Positions 39,138-49,414 of a stretch of DNA of 64,000 nt are shown here, in pieces. A program made the position numbers and the translations under genes. Source of the DNA: an uncultured Gammaproteobacteria bacterium (lineage in GTDB: Bacteria; Patescibacteriota; Microgenomatia; UBA8517). How positions within the stretch are numbered: position 1 is the first letter of the stretch; the number at the start of each line of letters is the position of its first letter. The notes beneath the pieces are model-generated. The model had not been told where the DNA came from, did no database searches, and saw nothing but the letters and a program-made list of their open reading frames with translations. Location of the stretch: NCBI GenBank assembly GCA_964506225.1, contig CAZDKH010000004.1, forward strand, positions 3,262-67,261. The letters run 5' to 3'.

Positions 39138-39693
39138 CATGGATGAGAACTTAGTGCGAAAAAAGATGCAGGAGGTTTTGAATCTTGTTGCTGGCGACAT
39201 AGCCACTGTCCGTACAGGTCGAGCCACTCCTTCGCTTGTTGAGAATATAGAAGTAAAAGTTTATGGCGGCAGCCAAAAATTGAAAGTTGTTGAGTTGGCC
39301 ACTATTTCCATCACTGATTCTAGAAGCATTCTTATTGAACCCTGGGATAAATCCATTATTGGTGAAATAAGACAGGGAATCTTGGCTGCCAATGTTGGTT
39401 TGAATCCAGTTATCCAAGAAAATGTTATTAGGATTACCTTGCCTCCCTTGACTACAGAAGACAGGGAAAACTATGTAAAACTTTTATCAACCAAAGCCGA
39501 GAATGGCAGAATTATGATACGGCAGGTAAGAGGAGATGCAATGAGAAATATCAAAAGCGCTTTTGAGTCAAAGGAAATCTCCGAAGATGAGCGTTTTTCT
39601 CAGGAGAAAAAAATTCAGGAGATAACCGATGAATTTATAGGCAGAATCAATGAGACTGTTGAAGCAAAAAAGCAAGAGATTCTAACCTCCTAA
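39138..39693 (+). CDS. frr: ribosome recycling factor (start at MDENL; the ORF track begins earlier, inside the tsf overlap)
   Basis: VRTGRATPSLVENIEVKVYG motif. Confidence 0.9.
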
Positions 39694-39694
39694 A

Positions 39695-40375
39695 TCAAAA
39701 ACGCGTGTGTAGTCCACATTCTTGACTTTGATTTTTTGTTCCCACAAAACGGCCTGCTCTTTCGAATTGACCCTGTCTTCCTCCGCCTTCTCTTATTTTG
39801 CCCTTGGTTGTGCATGGTTGACAGCCCAAAGAAGTGTACCCTTTATCGTAAAGCGGATGGTAACTAAGTTTGTTTGTCTTTATATACTTCCAGATGTCAT
39901 TTTTTGTCCAAAAGGCAATGGGGTTTATCTTAACTATCTTGCCCTTTTCAATAATTTTAATTCCTTCCCGGTATTTTGTTTCATCTCTCCTAAGTCCCGT
40001 AATCCAAGCGTTGTATTTGGGTAGGATTCTTTCAATGGCTGGGATTTTCATGGCGCAACATTTATATTGGTCGTCTTTAATAAATTTTCCTTTATATTCC
40101 TTGTTTATTTGTTTAATATCATCCTTAGTGGGCTTTATAATTTTCAGATTCATTTTGGTTTCAGCTTGGAGTTTCTTGGCAAACTTTAGGGTTTCCGGAA
40201 ATTCGTAACCCGTGTCAATAAAAATAAATTGAAAATTTTTCTTAAGAGGTAAGATTAAATCTATTAGAACTCTTGAATCTTTACCAAAAGAAACCGCGGC
40301 AAAAATTTTTGGATATTTGGTAATTGCAAACTCAATTATCAGTTTTGAAAGTTCGACTTTTTGAGATAGTAGCAT
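39695..40375 (-). CDS. CysH-type phosphoadenosine/adenosine phosphosulfate reductase family protein with Cys-Cys...CxxC Fe-S motif
   Basis: PP-loop SFGKDS; C-terminal ECGLH signature; KCCAMK and CQPC cysteine pairs. Confidence 0.7.
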   Translation of the reverse strand: MLLSQKVELSKLIIEFAITKYPKIFAAVSFGKDSRVLIDLILPLKKNFQFIFIDTGYEFPETLKFAKKLQAETKMNLKIIKPTKDDIKQINKEYKGKFIKDDQYKCCAMKIPAIERILPKYNAWITGLRRDETKYREGIKIIEKGKIVKINPIAFWTKNDIWKYIKTNKLSYHPLYDKGYTSLGCQPCTTKGKIREGGGRQGQFERAGRFVGTKNQSQECGLHTRF

Positions 40376-40408
40376 GTTAAAGGTAAGTTTATTATAATAC
40401 TTAAGTGT

Positions 40409-41542
40409 ATGAGTTGGGGAGTGTTTTTGATTTTGGCAATTGTTATTCTCTCAATTCTTATTCTCGTTCACGAATTTGGGCATTTTATCGCCGCAAAAAA
40501 AAGTGGAATTTGGGTTGAGGAATTTGGGATAGGTCTTCCTCCAAGAGTTTTTGGAAAAAAAATTGGCGAGACAATTTATTCGGTTAATCTTTTGCCAATT
40601 GGTGGCTTTGTGAGGCTGCATGGAGAGTCCGAAGAGGGAGTTAAATACAAGAAAAAAGCCTTTTTTTTAAAACCCAAAAAGATAAGAATTTTGGTAGCTC
40701 TTTCTGGAATAATCATGAATTATTTTTTTGCTGTTGGCTGTTTTAGTGTTGTTTACTTTATCTATTCATTTAAAGGGATACCGGAGGAAACAGGAGAAGT
40801 AAGGATTGTATCAGTTGAGAAGGATTCTCCTGCAGAGAAAAATGGATTAAAGGTTGGAGATATCATAAGAAGTGTTGATGGAGAAAAGGTCAAGTTAAGT
40901 AGTGAGTTTAGGGCTTTGATGGAAGAAAAGAAAGGTAAAGAAATAGAACTTTCAATTGAAAGGCTGACCAACGGTAAGATTGAAACCTTGCCCATTAAAG
41001 TTACTACGCGCGAAAACCCCGAGGAAGGACAGGGTTTTCTTGGAGTGGAGGTGACCTCAGTCAGACTTTTAATTCCGCCAAACTGGCAAAAGCCTTTTGT
41101 TGCCCTCTATTACGGATTTCGTGAGACAGTGGTTATAAGTAAGATGGTTGTGATTGGTTTGATTTCAGTTTTTGTTGATTTGACAGAAGGTCAGGTTCCC
41201 CAGGGAGTTGTGGGACCATTGGGAATAACCGCACTTCTGGCATATGCTGTTCAGTATGGCTTGGTGCCAGTTTTGAATTTGGCAGGACTAATTTCTCTAA
41301 ACCTTGCTCTTTTAAATTTAGTTCCCTTTCCGCCCTTAGACGGAGCAAGGTTTGTGTTTATCACAGCAGAGGCAATTTTTGGCAGAAAGGTTTTACCAAA
41401 AGTTGAATCAGCTGTAAACACAATAGGTATTGCGCTTTTATTGCTTTTACTTTTGGCATTAACCAGTAAAGAAGTTCCAAAACTTATTAAGTCTGGGTCT
41501 ATTTCGACTTTTGTTGAAAATATGATACCTGAATCTCCATAG
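40409..41542 (+). CDS. rseP: RseP-type site-2 protease (M50) with PDZ domain
   Basis: HEFGHFIAAK inside TM1; PDZ (VEKDSPAEKNGLKVGDII); C-terminal LDGAR motif. Confidence 0.9.
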   Translation: MSWGVFLILAIVILSILILVHEFGHFIAAKKSGIWVEEFGIGLPPRVFGKKIGETIYSVNLLPIGGFVRLHGESEEGVKYKKKAFFLKPKKIRILVALSGIIMNYFFAVGCFSVVYFIYSFKGIPEETGEVRIVSVEKDSPAEKNGLKVGDIIRSVDGEKVKLSSEFRALMEEKKGKEIELSIERLTNGKIETLPIKVTTRENPEEGQGFLGVEVTSVRLLIPPNWQKPFVALYYGFRETVVISKMVVIGLISVFVDLTEGQVPQGVVGPLGITALLAYAVQYGLVPVLNLAGLISLNLALLNLVPFPPLDGARFVFITAEAIFGRKVLPKVESAVNTIGIALLLLLLLALTSKEVPKLIKSGSISTFVENMIPESP

Positions 41543-41558
41543 CAATTTTCGACATAAT

Positions 41559-43022
41559 TTGCTATATTTTGGATTGATGGAGAAAAGATATCTAACCCCC
41601 AAAAGCAAAAACACACCCCTCTGGTATACAGAAGTAATACAACTTTCCAAACTTGCTGACTATGGGCCAGTAAGAGGTACGATGATTATCCGGCCATATG
41701 GTTACACCATCTGGGAAAATATTCAAAGGGAGTTTAATCAATCCCTCAAAAAATTAGGCGTTGAGAATGCTTATTTTCCTCTTTTTATTCCGATGAGTTT
41801 TCTGAAAAGAGAAAAAGAGCACGTTAAAGGCTTTGCACCAGAGCTGGCAGTTGTTACTCATGGAGGTGGTAAAAAACTTAGAGAACCTTTGGTTGTCAGA
41901 CCTACTTCTGAGACAATCATGTATGAAACTTTCTCAAAGTGGATTTCTTCATGGCGAGATCTCCCTCTAAAAGTAAACCAGTGGAGTAATGTTGTCCGCT
42001 GGGAGAAAAGAACCTACTTTTTTTTGCGAACTTTGGAGTTTTTATGGCAAGAAGGGCACACAGCCCACGCCACTTACGATGAAGCCGAACAAATGGCTTT
42101 GGATGCTCTTTATGCCTATGACCACCTTTATAAATCAGTTTTTGCAATAGAGGGACTTTTGGGAATAAAAAGCGACGCCGAGAAATTCGCCGGCGCTCAT
42201 CATACTTATACCGTGGAACTTTTGATGCCGGAGGGCAAAGTCTTGCAGGCTGGGACATCTCATCACCTGAGTGATAATTTTTCCAAGGTTTTTGATATCA
42301 AATTTCAAGACAAGGATGGAAATACAAAATATGTTTATCAGACTTCTTGGGGGCTATCTACGCGCTCGATTGGCGGGTTAATCTTGTTGCACGGTGATGA
42401 CCATGGCTTAGTACTTCCGCCAAAGCTGGCTCCAGTAAAAGTGGTTATAATACCGGTTTTAGGGGAGGAAGATTCAGAGATTTTGGCCTTCTGTAAAAAG
42501 GTAAAGGAGGAGATTGAAAGTTTTACTTCAATATATCCCGGGGAGGTAATCGTTGATGCGGATTCAGAAAAAAGCTTTGGCTGGAAAGTAAACGAAGCGG
42601 AGATTAAAGGAATTCCAATTAGAGTTACAGTTGGGCCCAAGGAATTGAAGAATAATACTCTTACTCTTAATTATCGCCTTTCCAACTTTATCCAAGAAGA
42701 ATTAGAGCTTTCAAATGTTGCCAAAAAAGTTGAAGAGATGCTGGGAAAAATCCAAGAAAAAATGTTTGCAAATTCAAAAGAATTTTTAAATAAGAATATT
42801 TTTGAGGCAGAAAACTATCAGGAATTTCAAAAAATTATGAAGACCAAAAAAGGGCTAATTAAAGCTTTCTGGTGCGAGAATCCAACCTGTGAGGCCAAAA
42901 TTAAAAAGGAGACAAAAGCAACCACACGGTTAAGACCCCTTAACGCCAAAAAACAAAAAGGCTCTTGTATTTATTGTGGTAAAAAAGCCCAATATATTTG
43001 GTATTTTTCCCAGGCTTATTAA
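41559..43022 (+). CDS. proS: prolyl-tRNA synthetase, archaeal/eukaryotic-type with C-terminal zinc-binding domain
   Basis: Class II motifs; no bacterial INS editing domain; C-terminal CENPTCEAK...CIYCGKKA. Confidence 0.9.
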   Translation: MLYFGLMEKRYLTPKSKNTPLWYTEVIQLSKLADYGPVRGTMIIRPYGYTIWENIQREFNQSLKKLGVENAYFPLFIPMSFLKREKEHVKGFAPELAVVTHGGGKKLREPLVVRPTSETIMYETFSKWISSWRDLPLKVNQWSNVVRWEKRTYFFLRTLEFLWQEGHTAHATYDEAEQMALDALYAYDHLYKSVFAIEGLLGIKSDAEKFAGAHHTYTVELLMPEGKVLQAGTSHHLSDNFSKVFDIKFQDKDGNTKYVYQTSWGLSTRSIGGLILLHGDDHGLVLPPKLAPVKVVIIPVLGEEDSEILAFCKKVKEEIESFTSIYPGEVIVDADSEKSFGWKVNEAEIKGIPIRVTVGPKELKNNTLTLNYRLSNFIQEELELSNVAKKVEEMLGKIQEKMFANSKEFLNKNIFEAENYQEFQKIMKTKKGLIKAFWCENPTCEAKIKKETKATTRLRPLNAKKQKGSCIYCGKKAQYIWYFSQAY

Positions 43023-43060
43023 TCAAAGCAAATGTATTGATGTATCGATACAGAGTCTAA

Positions 43061-44050
43061 ATGAAAAAAGTTGTTTGCATTGGTGGAGGGACTGGACTTT
43101 TTGTTACTCTTTCGGGTTTAAAAAAATACAAAAACCTTCATCTTTCTGCCATTGTTGCAATGACCGATTCTGGGGGAAGCAACCGCATTCTTCGTGACGA
43201 ATTTGGTCTTTTGCCAACTTCTGATATCCGCCAGTGCATAGTTGCACTTGCATCTGAAAGATCCAATAGCCTTCTAAGAAATCTTTTTATCTATAGATAC
43301 AACCAAGGAACAGGTATAACTGGAATGACATTTGGCAATCTTTTTATGGCAGCTCTGGCTGATATCTATGGTTCTCAAGAAAAAGCGATAGAGGAAACCT
43401 GTAAACTTTTTGATATTAAAGGCAAGATAGTTCCGGTTACTTTTGATAATTGTCATCTTGTTGCCCGCTATGAAAACGGGCAACAGGTTTTGGGTGAGCA
43501 TTTTATAGACGAGCCAAACGAAGCTTTGGGAAAATATAAAATTATAGAACTTGAAGTTTTTCCAAAGGCTATTCCCAATCCCAAGGCAATTGCTGCAATT
43601 AAGTCGGCAGATATGATAGTTATGGGTCCTGGGGATTTATATACAAGTATCCTTGCCAACCTTGTAGTTCCTGGAATTTCAAAGGCTATCTGCGATTCAC
43701 AAGCCAAAAAGTTGTTCGTGGTTAATTTAATGACTAAGTTTGGTCAGACTGCCGGTTTTGGTGCAAGGGATCATCTTAAGGTAGTTGAAAAATACATTGG
43801 CAAAGGATCAGTGGATTATTGTCTTGTTAATAAAAGCAAAAATCTTCCCATGGATATTATAAAGCGCTATAAAGAGGAAAAAGCCGATTTAGTCAAGGAT
43901 GATTTGGGTGATTCCGCAAGACCAATTGTTGTGAGAAAAGCCTTGATATCAAAAAGAATCTATCAAAAACCAAAATCAGACACCCTAGTTAGAAGTTTGG
44001 TTCGGCATGATCCGCAAAAACTTGCAAGAGCAATTTGCGAACTCTTGTAG
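43061..44050 (+). CDS. YvcK/CofD-family (UPF0052, gluconeogenesis factor-like) protein
   Basis: VVCIGGGTGLFVTLSGLK N-terminal motif. Confidence 0.75.
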   Translation: MKKVVCIGGGTGLFVTLSGLKKYKNLHLSAIVAMTDSGGSNRILRDEFGLLPTSDIRQCIVALASERSNSLLRNLFIYRYNQGTGITGMTFGNLFMAALADIYGSQEKAIEETCKLFDIKGKIVPVTFDNCHLVARYENGQQVLGEHFIDEPNEALGKYKIIELEVFPKAIPNPKAIAAIKSADMIVMGPGDLYTSILANLVVPGISKAICDSQAKKLFVVNLMTKFGQTAGFGARDHLKVVEKYIGKGSVDYCLVNKSKNLPMDIIKRYKEEKADLVKDDLGDSARPIVVRKALISKRIYQKPKSDTLVRSLVRHDPQKLARAICELL

Positions 44051-44081
44051 AAAGAATGTTAAATTATTATACTGGTAGCCA

Positions 44082-44474
44082 ATGAAAGATTGTGTTTTTT
44101 GTAAAATAGTTAAAGGAGAAATTCCAGCCTATAAAATATATGAAGATAAAAAATATTTGGCTTTTTTGGACATAAATCCTTATACGAAGGGGCACAGTTT
44201 GGTTATCCCAAAAGTCCATTACCGCTGGACTTATGATATACCCGACTTTGGAGAGTATTTTGAGGTTTGCAAGAGTATAGCTTTGAAAATCAAAAAGACT
44301 CTGAAAGCAGAGTGGATGATGTTTTTAACGCTTGGCTGGCAGGTTCCCCATGCTCATGTACATGTTATCCCGAGGTATCCAAACGACGCAATGGAAGAGT
44401 TTGAAAAATTAGAATACAAATATAAAAAAGGAGAAATGAGTTTAATTTCCAAGAAAATTAGAAACCAACTTTAA
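44082..44474 (+). CDS. HIT-family nucleotide hydrolase
   Basis: HAHVHVIPR histidine triad. Confidence 0.85.
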   Translation: MKDCVFCKIVKGEIPAYKIYEDKKYLAFLDINPYTKGHSLVIPKVHYRWTYDIPDFGEYFEVCKSIALKIKKTLKAEWMMFLTLGWQVPHAHVHVIPRYPNDAMEEFEKLEYKYKKGEMSLISKKIRNQL

Positions 44475-44507
44475 AAAGTAAATTTTCGAGCATAAAAAAA
44501 TTTTTTT

Positions 44508-44906
44508 ATGATTAGTGTAAGCGTTTATAAGCAATCAAACTATCCAGTTTCTGCAAAGAAAGTAAGAGCAGCTCTTAGAAAGCTTTTGGAAAAAGAGGGG
44601 ATAGTTTCTGAAAGCGAAGTCTCAGTAGCCGTTGTGGGTAGAAAAAAAGTAACCTCTCTTGTGCAAAAGTATTTTACCGAGCCACCAAACCTTGCTTCTA
44701 GCCACCCTGTTTTGTCTTTTCCCGCAAGTGAAACCAAAAAGCCTTTTATCTATCCTCCTGATGGCAAGATTCATCTTGGGGAAATTGTAATTTCTTATCC
44801 TCAGGCTGTTGAATTAGCTAAAAAGAAAGGAAAACTTTTGGATGAGGTTGTTTGTGAATTGGCAAAACACGGAGCCTTGCATTTATTGGGAAGACACCAT
44901 GAGTAA
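44508..44906 (+). CDS. ybeY: rRNA maturation endoribonuclease YbeY
   Basis: HGALHLLGRHHE (H..H..G.DH) motif. Confidence 0.85.
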   Translation: MISVSVYKQSNYPVSAKKVRAALRKLLEKEGIVSESEVSVAVVGRKKVTSLVQKYFTEPPNLASSHPVLSFPASETKKPFIYPPDGKIHLGEIVISYPQAVELAKKKGKLLDEVVCELAKHGALHLLGRHHE

Positions 44907-45026
44907 ATTAATAATTTACTAGTAACAATTTACAATTTTTAATTAATTACCAATTACTTAATTTATCAAACTAGAAAATTATGTTATTGAGAATTCATTG
45001 TAAATTGGAAACTGATAATTAACTTT

Positions 45027-46421
45027 ATGACTTTTTATTTGAAACACCGTTCGCAGACTATTGAGGAGCTGGATTTAAAATCTGTTCGCGAAACATTAAG
45101 AAAAATTGTTGATTCGGGGAATATACCTCATGCCTTTTTGTTTTCGGGTCCCAAGGGAACAGGTAAAACTTCGGCAGCGCGAATTTTGGCAAAAATACTA
45201 AACTGCGAAAAAGAGGGGAAGGAGCCTTGTAATAAATGCGAACAATGCACCTTAATAACAAAAAGCAGAAACCTTGACGTTGTTGAGCTTGATGCGGCCA
45301 GTAATCGTGGAATTGATGACATTCGTTCTCTTCGTGACAAAATAGCCCTTGCACCGGCAAAAGCAAGAAAAAAAGTTTACATTATAGACGAAGCCCATAT
45401 GTTGACTACAGAGGCTGCAAATGCTTTTTTGAAAACTCTTGAAGAACCTCCTGAACATGTGTATTTTATCCTAGCAACCACAAATCCCGAGAAACTTCCG
45501 GCAACCATCCGCTCAAGATTAACCAATATCATTTTTACAAAAGCCAATAAAGAGGAGATAACAAGGCAGCTAACCAGAATTGCCAAAAAAGAAAAACTGA
45601 AAGTTGAAAAAGAGGTTTATGAACAGATTGCTTTGGCATCAGAAGGCTCCTTTCGCGACGCAGCTAAACTTCTGGAACAGCTTGCGCTTGAATCCAAAAA
45701 TATCAACAAAGAAATTGCAGATAAACTTCTGGGCATATTTGGGAATGTGAGTATTGAGGAGGCGATAAACCTTTTACACAAAAGGGATGTCAAAAAGTTA
45801 TTGATAAAAATTGAGGAGATGGTCGCACATGGAGAAAATATAGTTAATTTTCTAGATTATTTATTAGAGCGATTTCAAAAAGCCCTGCTGGCCAAAAAAG
45901 GTATTGGAGAGGAAGACCTTGTTGATTATTCCGAAGAAGAAATTTTGGATATTCTTGAGATTCTGCAAAAAGCAAGAAAGGAAACCGTCTTTAGTGTCAT
46001 TCCTCAACTTCCTCTTGAGATTGCGATTGTCTTATGGTGCAAAAAGACAAAAAATTCTTTAAAACCAGTTTCTTTTAATCCTGATAAAACTAAGGACAAA
46101 TTAGACCCCGAGCTTTGGAGTAAGATACTCTCTTTTGTTAAATCCAAAAACACTTCAGTCGAGGCTCTTTTAAGAGCAGCAAAACCTCTCGATTTTAATG
46201 GGTCAACGCTTACGCTTGGGGTTTACTACCGCTTTCATAAAGAGCGGCTTGAAACAGTGAATAGTCGCAAAACTTTAGAGGAAGTTGTAAAAAAGGTTAT
46301 GGGTGTGCCGGTTCGTGTTAGCTATACTTTGGTAGGGAAAGAAAAAACTCCAAAGGATACTTTGACCCAGGTCACAAAGAAAGATATAATTGAGGTTGCT
46401 AAAGAAATTTTTGGAAATTAA
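45027..46421 (+). CDS. dnaX: DNA polymerase III subunit gamma/tau
   Basis: GPKGTGKTS Walker A; zinc module CNKCEQC; SRL sensor; dnaX-ybaB-recR synteny. Confidence 0.95.
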   Translation: MTFYLKHRSQTIEELDLKSVRETLRKIVDSGNIPHAFLFSGPKGTGKTSAARILAKILNCEKEGKEPCNKCEQCTLITKSRNLDVVELDAASNRGIDDIRSLRDKIALAPAKARKKVYIIDEAHMLTTEAANAFLKTLEEPPEHVYFILATTNPEKLPATIRSRLTNIIFTKANKEEITRQLTRIAKKEKLKVEKEVYEQIALASEGSFRDAAKLLEQLALESKNINKEIADKLLGIFGNVSIEEAINLLHKRDVKKLLIKIEEMVAHGENIVNFLDYLLERFQKALLAKKGIGEEDLVDYSEEEILDILEILQKARKETVFSVIPQLPLEIAIVLWCKKTKNSLKPVSFNPDKTKDKLDPELWSKILSFVKSKNTSVEALLRAAKPLDFNGSTLTLGVYYRFHKERLETVNSRKTLEEVVKKVMGVPVRVSYTLVGKEKTPKDTLTQVTKKDIIEVAKEIFGN

Positions 46422-46423
46422 CC

Positions 46424-46711
46424 ATGTTCGACAAACTCAGACAAGGACAAAAACTTCTTCAAATGCGCGGAGAAATGAAAAAGCTCCAAAGGGATCTTTC
46501 CCAGATAACTGAGACTGTGGAACTTGGGGAAGTTAAAGTAAAAGTCTCGGCCGACCTAAAAGTTGTCTATATTCAGAAAAGCGGTCAGGATGAACCAGAA
46601 ATTACCGAGGCTATAAACAGGGCATTCAAAGAAGTTCAAAAGAAAGCTGCAAAGAAAATGCTTGAGGAGAAGGGGTTATCTGGTCTTCTCGGGGGGCTAG
46701 GTGGAGCGTAA
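46424..46711 (+). CDS. ybaB: nucleoid-associated protein YbaB/EbfC
   Basis: 95 aa, follows dnaX, C-terminal GLLGGLGG. Confidence 0.85.
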   Translation: MFDKLRQGQKLLQMRGEMKKLQRDLSQITETVELGEVKVKVSADLKVVYIQKSGQDEPEITEAINRAFKEVQKKAAKKMLEEKGLSGLLGGLGGA

Positions 46712-46713
46712 AG

Positions 46714-48120
46714 TTGATGTCTGTCCTAAAAAAGTCGAAACTACTTCAAATTTCTATATTACTGCTTCAGGTTGTAGCTATTCCTCTTACTGTTTATGCA
46801 TTAAAAAATGCTGCAACTTACTTCGCCCGCGCCAAGGGAACTTTTGCCAATCTTGTAGTTGATATTTCCGGGGGGATTGATAAGCCATCTAATTTTGTTT
46901 GGAAAAATTTGGCCCAAGGAGGAGAGGAGGTAAACGAGAAGACTCTTTCAGCAGTTGTTGGTAAGATAGCTGCCCTAACTCCACAATATATAAGAGTAGA
47001 TCATGTTTATGATTTTTGGGGTGTTGTAAAAAAGCCTCCTTCAGGAAATCTTGTGTTTAGTTGGGAGCGCCTTGACAGATTGCTTTCTGATATTACAAAT
47101 ACCGGAGCAAAGCCTTTTATCGTACTTTCTTACATGCCACCTGCGTTTTCTGCAGACAGCGAGGTAGGTCTGCCTGCTTCTTGGAATGAGTGGGGGGAGT
47201 TGGTACAAAAAACAATTGAGCACGTTAGCGGCACCAACGGCCTTGCAATATCTGATGTTTACTATGAAGTTTGGAACGAACCTGATCTTTTTGGGGACTT
47301 TAAACTCAGAGGCGAGAAAAATTACCTTGAGCTTTACAGAGAGAGCGCCCTCGCAGCCCAAAGGGCAACTGGTACTCTTCCTTTTAAAATTGGCGGCCCA
47401 GCAACAACTGCCCTTTATAAAAATTGGTTTGACAATTTTTTTCGCTTTGTTGCCGATAATAATTTAAGAGTTGATTTTTATTCTTGGCACAGATACTCGG
47501 AGGACTTGAGGGATTTCGAAGAGGATATTCAAAATGCCAAGGCTTGGATAGAATTTTTTCCCGAATTTAGAAATATCGAATTTATAGTCTCAGAGCTTGG
47601 GTTAGATAGCAACAACAATCCTGCCTATGACGGAAAACTTTCGGCCATCCATAGTATTGCCACAAGTGCAATTTTGGAAGATAATCTCAAGAGCTCTTTT
47701 ATCTTTGAAATTAAAGATGGGCCCTCGCCTCAAAAGTATTGGGGCAGATGGGGGATATTAACCCACGAAAAGCATGGAGAACCAGAAGAAAAACCACGTT
47801 ACAAAGCAATTGATTTTATGAATAGGATGATGGGAAGTGTAATTCCAGTCACAGGACAGGGCTCTTGGGTGAAAAGCTTTGCCAAAAGAATTGGCAGTGT
47901 AACTAGACTTTTGGTAGTCAATTACGATCCCCAAGACAGTCATTACGAGCAGGTGCCAATCAAATTTATCAACCTTCCTTCTCAAAATTTTCTTTTTCGC
48001 AGAATCAGCTTTTTGGGAGAGACAAAAGAGGAGCGTATTACAACCACCTCTAGCGAATGGCAAACTTTGCAGACGTTCTCACCAAACACAGCAGCAATTT
48101 TTGAAATAGTTTTCCAGTAA
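46714..48120 (+). CDS. membrane-anchored/secreted clan GH-A glycoside hydrolase (GH39-like)
   Basis: N-terminal TM/signal; YEVWNEPDLF (acid/base NEP) and FIVSELGLD (nucleophile) motifs. Confidence 0.6.
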   Translation: MMSVLKKSKLLQISILLLQVVAIPLTVYALKNAATYFARAKGTFANLVVDISGGIDKPSNFVWKNLAQGGEEVNEKTLSAVVGKIAALTPQYIRVDHVYDFWGVVKKPPSGNLVFSWERLDRLLSDITNTGAKPFIVLSYMPPAFSADSEVGLPASWNEWGELVQKTIEHVSGTNGLAISDVYYEVWNEPDLFGDFKLRGEKNYLELYRESALAAQRATGTLPFKIGGPATTALYKNWFDNFFRFVADNNLRVDFYSWHRYSEDLRDFEEDIQNAKAWIEFFPEFRNIEFIVSELGLDSNNNPAYDGKLSAIHSIATSAILEDNLKSSFIFEIKDGPSPQKYWGRWGILTHEKHGEPEEKPRYKAIDFMNRMMGSVIPVTGQGSWVKSFAKRIGSVTRLLVVNYDPQDSHYEQVPIKFINLPSQNFLFRRISFLGETKEERITTTSSEWQTLQTFSPNTAAIFEIVFQ

Positions 48121-48147
48121 GGCTAGTTTTGATAGAATAGAAGGATT

Positions 48148-48765
48148 ATGAAGATAGCTGCGCCACTAGTACGTCTGATTGAGGCTTTTGAGAGACTTCC
48201 TGGAATTGGGCCAAAGACAGCTCAACGCCTGGTGTACTATTTGTTGCATGTTCCCCAAAGCGAGCTTGACGAGTTTTCCCAGGCGATAAGTGAGCTAAAA
48301 GTCAAAACCATTCTTTGCTCAATTTGTAAAAATGTATCAGAAAAAGACCCCTGTGAAATTTGTGAGGATAGAAGACGGGACAAAGGCGTGATTTTGGTTG
48401 TTGAGCAACCCTTGGATATTTTGGCATTTGAAAAAACAAGGAAATTCAATGGAGTTTACCATGTATTACACGGAGCCATAAATCCTTTGGAAAACATTGG
48501 CCCTGATGAGATTTATATAGAAGATTTGCTTAAAAGAGTGAGTGGCGGTAATGGCGAAATTGGAAAAGTCAAAGAGGTTATTATTGCAACCAATCCCACA
48601 ATGGAAGGAGAAGCAACAGCTATGTACATTCTCAAAAAACTAAAAGCTAAAAATTTCAACTTAAAAGTTACGCGTTTGGGTGTTGGGATACCAACCGGAG
48701 CGCACTTGGAGTTTGCGGATGAGATAACCTTAAGCGAAGCCATAGAAGGGAGAAGGTTGTTATGA
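48148..48765 (+). CDS. recR: recombination protein RecR
   Basis: HhH N-terminus, C4 zinc finger CSICKNVSEKDPCEIC, Toprim domain. Confidence 0.95.
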   Translation: MKIAAPLVRLIEAFERLPGIGPKTAQRLVYYLLHVPQSELDEFSQAISELKVKTILCSICKNVSEKDPCEICEDRRRDKGVILVVEQPLDILAFEKTRKFNGVYHVLHGAINPLENIGPDEIYIEDLLKRVSGGNGEIGKVKEVIIATNPTMEGEATAMYILKKLKAKNFNLKVTRLGVGIPTGAHLEFADEITLSEAIEGRRLL

Positions 48766-49202
48766 TTCCCGCAAAGATGACCAAACAGGTTGCCAAGGCT
48801 GTTGCTAAACAGATACAGGAAGAAACAGGGGAGCTGGTCAAAACTGCAAAAGGTCAGATTCTGGGTCAAGAGAAGAAACTCCAAACTGATCAGCCACAAG
48901 GGCAACCCCAGTCATCCACTGAGCTATCCACAGGGACTGCAAGTGATCAGGCAGAAAGTCAGGAAACAAGAAGGCGCCTAACGTATCTTCAGGAAGAACT
49001 AAGAGAAATTGCCCAAGAAGAAAAAATCAGAAAAGCACAAGAAGCCCAAAAAGTCGAAGCTGAAAGCAGGGCACAAATGCAGGAAAAGCCACCCCTACCG
49101 GAACCAACCCCACGTCCGTCAAGAAGGTTCTTGGGAGCGATAGAAAGAAAAATCCAAAGTCTCAAAGCCAGAGTCGAAACCCGCCTTCCGCCAACAGGGT
49201 GA
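48762..49202 (+). CDS. low-complexity Q/E/K-rich hypothetical protein, translationally coupled to recR (ATGA overlap)
   Basis: Compositionally biased ORF. Confidence 0.4.
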   Translation: MIPAKMTKQVAKAVAKQIQEETGELVKTAKGQILGQEKKLQTDQPQGQPQSSTELSTGTASDQAESQETRRRLTYLQEELREIAQEEKIRKAQEAQKVEAESRAQMQEKPPLPEPTPRPSRRFLGAIERKIQSLKARVETRLPPTG

Positions 49203-49280
49203 GTTTAAAGTATTGATTTTGTGGGTTTTGAGATGTTATCATTTTTCAATGCATAAAGAAAAGGTAATTTCTTGTTCTTG

Positions 49281-49346
49281 CTCCCTTTGTGAATGAGGGA
49301 GTTTTATTAGTTTTTGTTGGACAAGCTCCCTCAAGGGAGCTTTTTT
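49281..49346 (+). terminator. two tandem intrinsic terminators sharing the stem core CTCCCT/AGGGAG
   Basis: CTCCCT-ttgtgaatg-AGGGAG-TTTTATT and GCTCCC-tcaa-GGGAGC-TTTTTT, read directly. Confidence 0.7.
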
Positions 49347-49414
49347 AATTTTATGTCGAAGAAAAATATCATTAAACTTAAGCTTTTAAGCGCTTTTTTT
49401 GATATAGTAAGTTT

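Noticed and set aside
44907-45026. SRP RNA (ffs) upstream of dnaX
   Set aside because: ffs is commonly found upstream of dnaX, but this spacer is extremely AT-rich and has no helix-8 GGAA-tetraloop motif.
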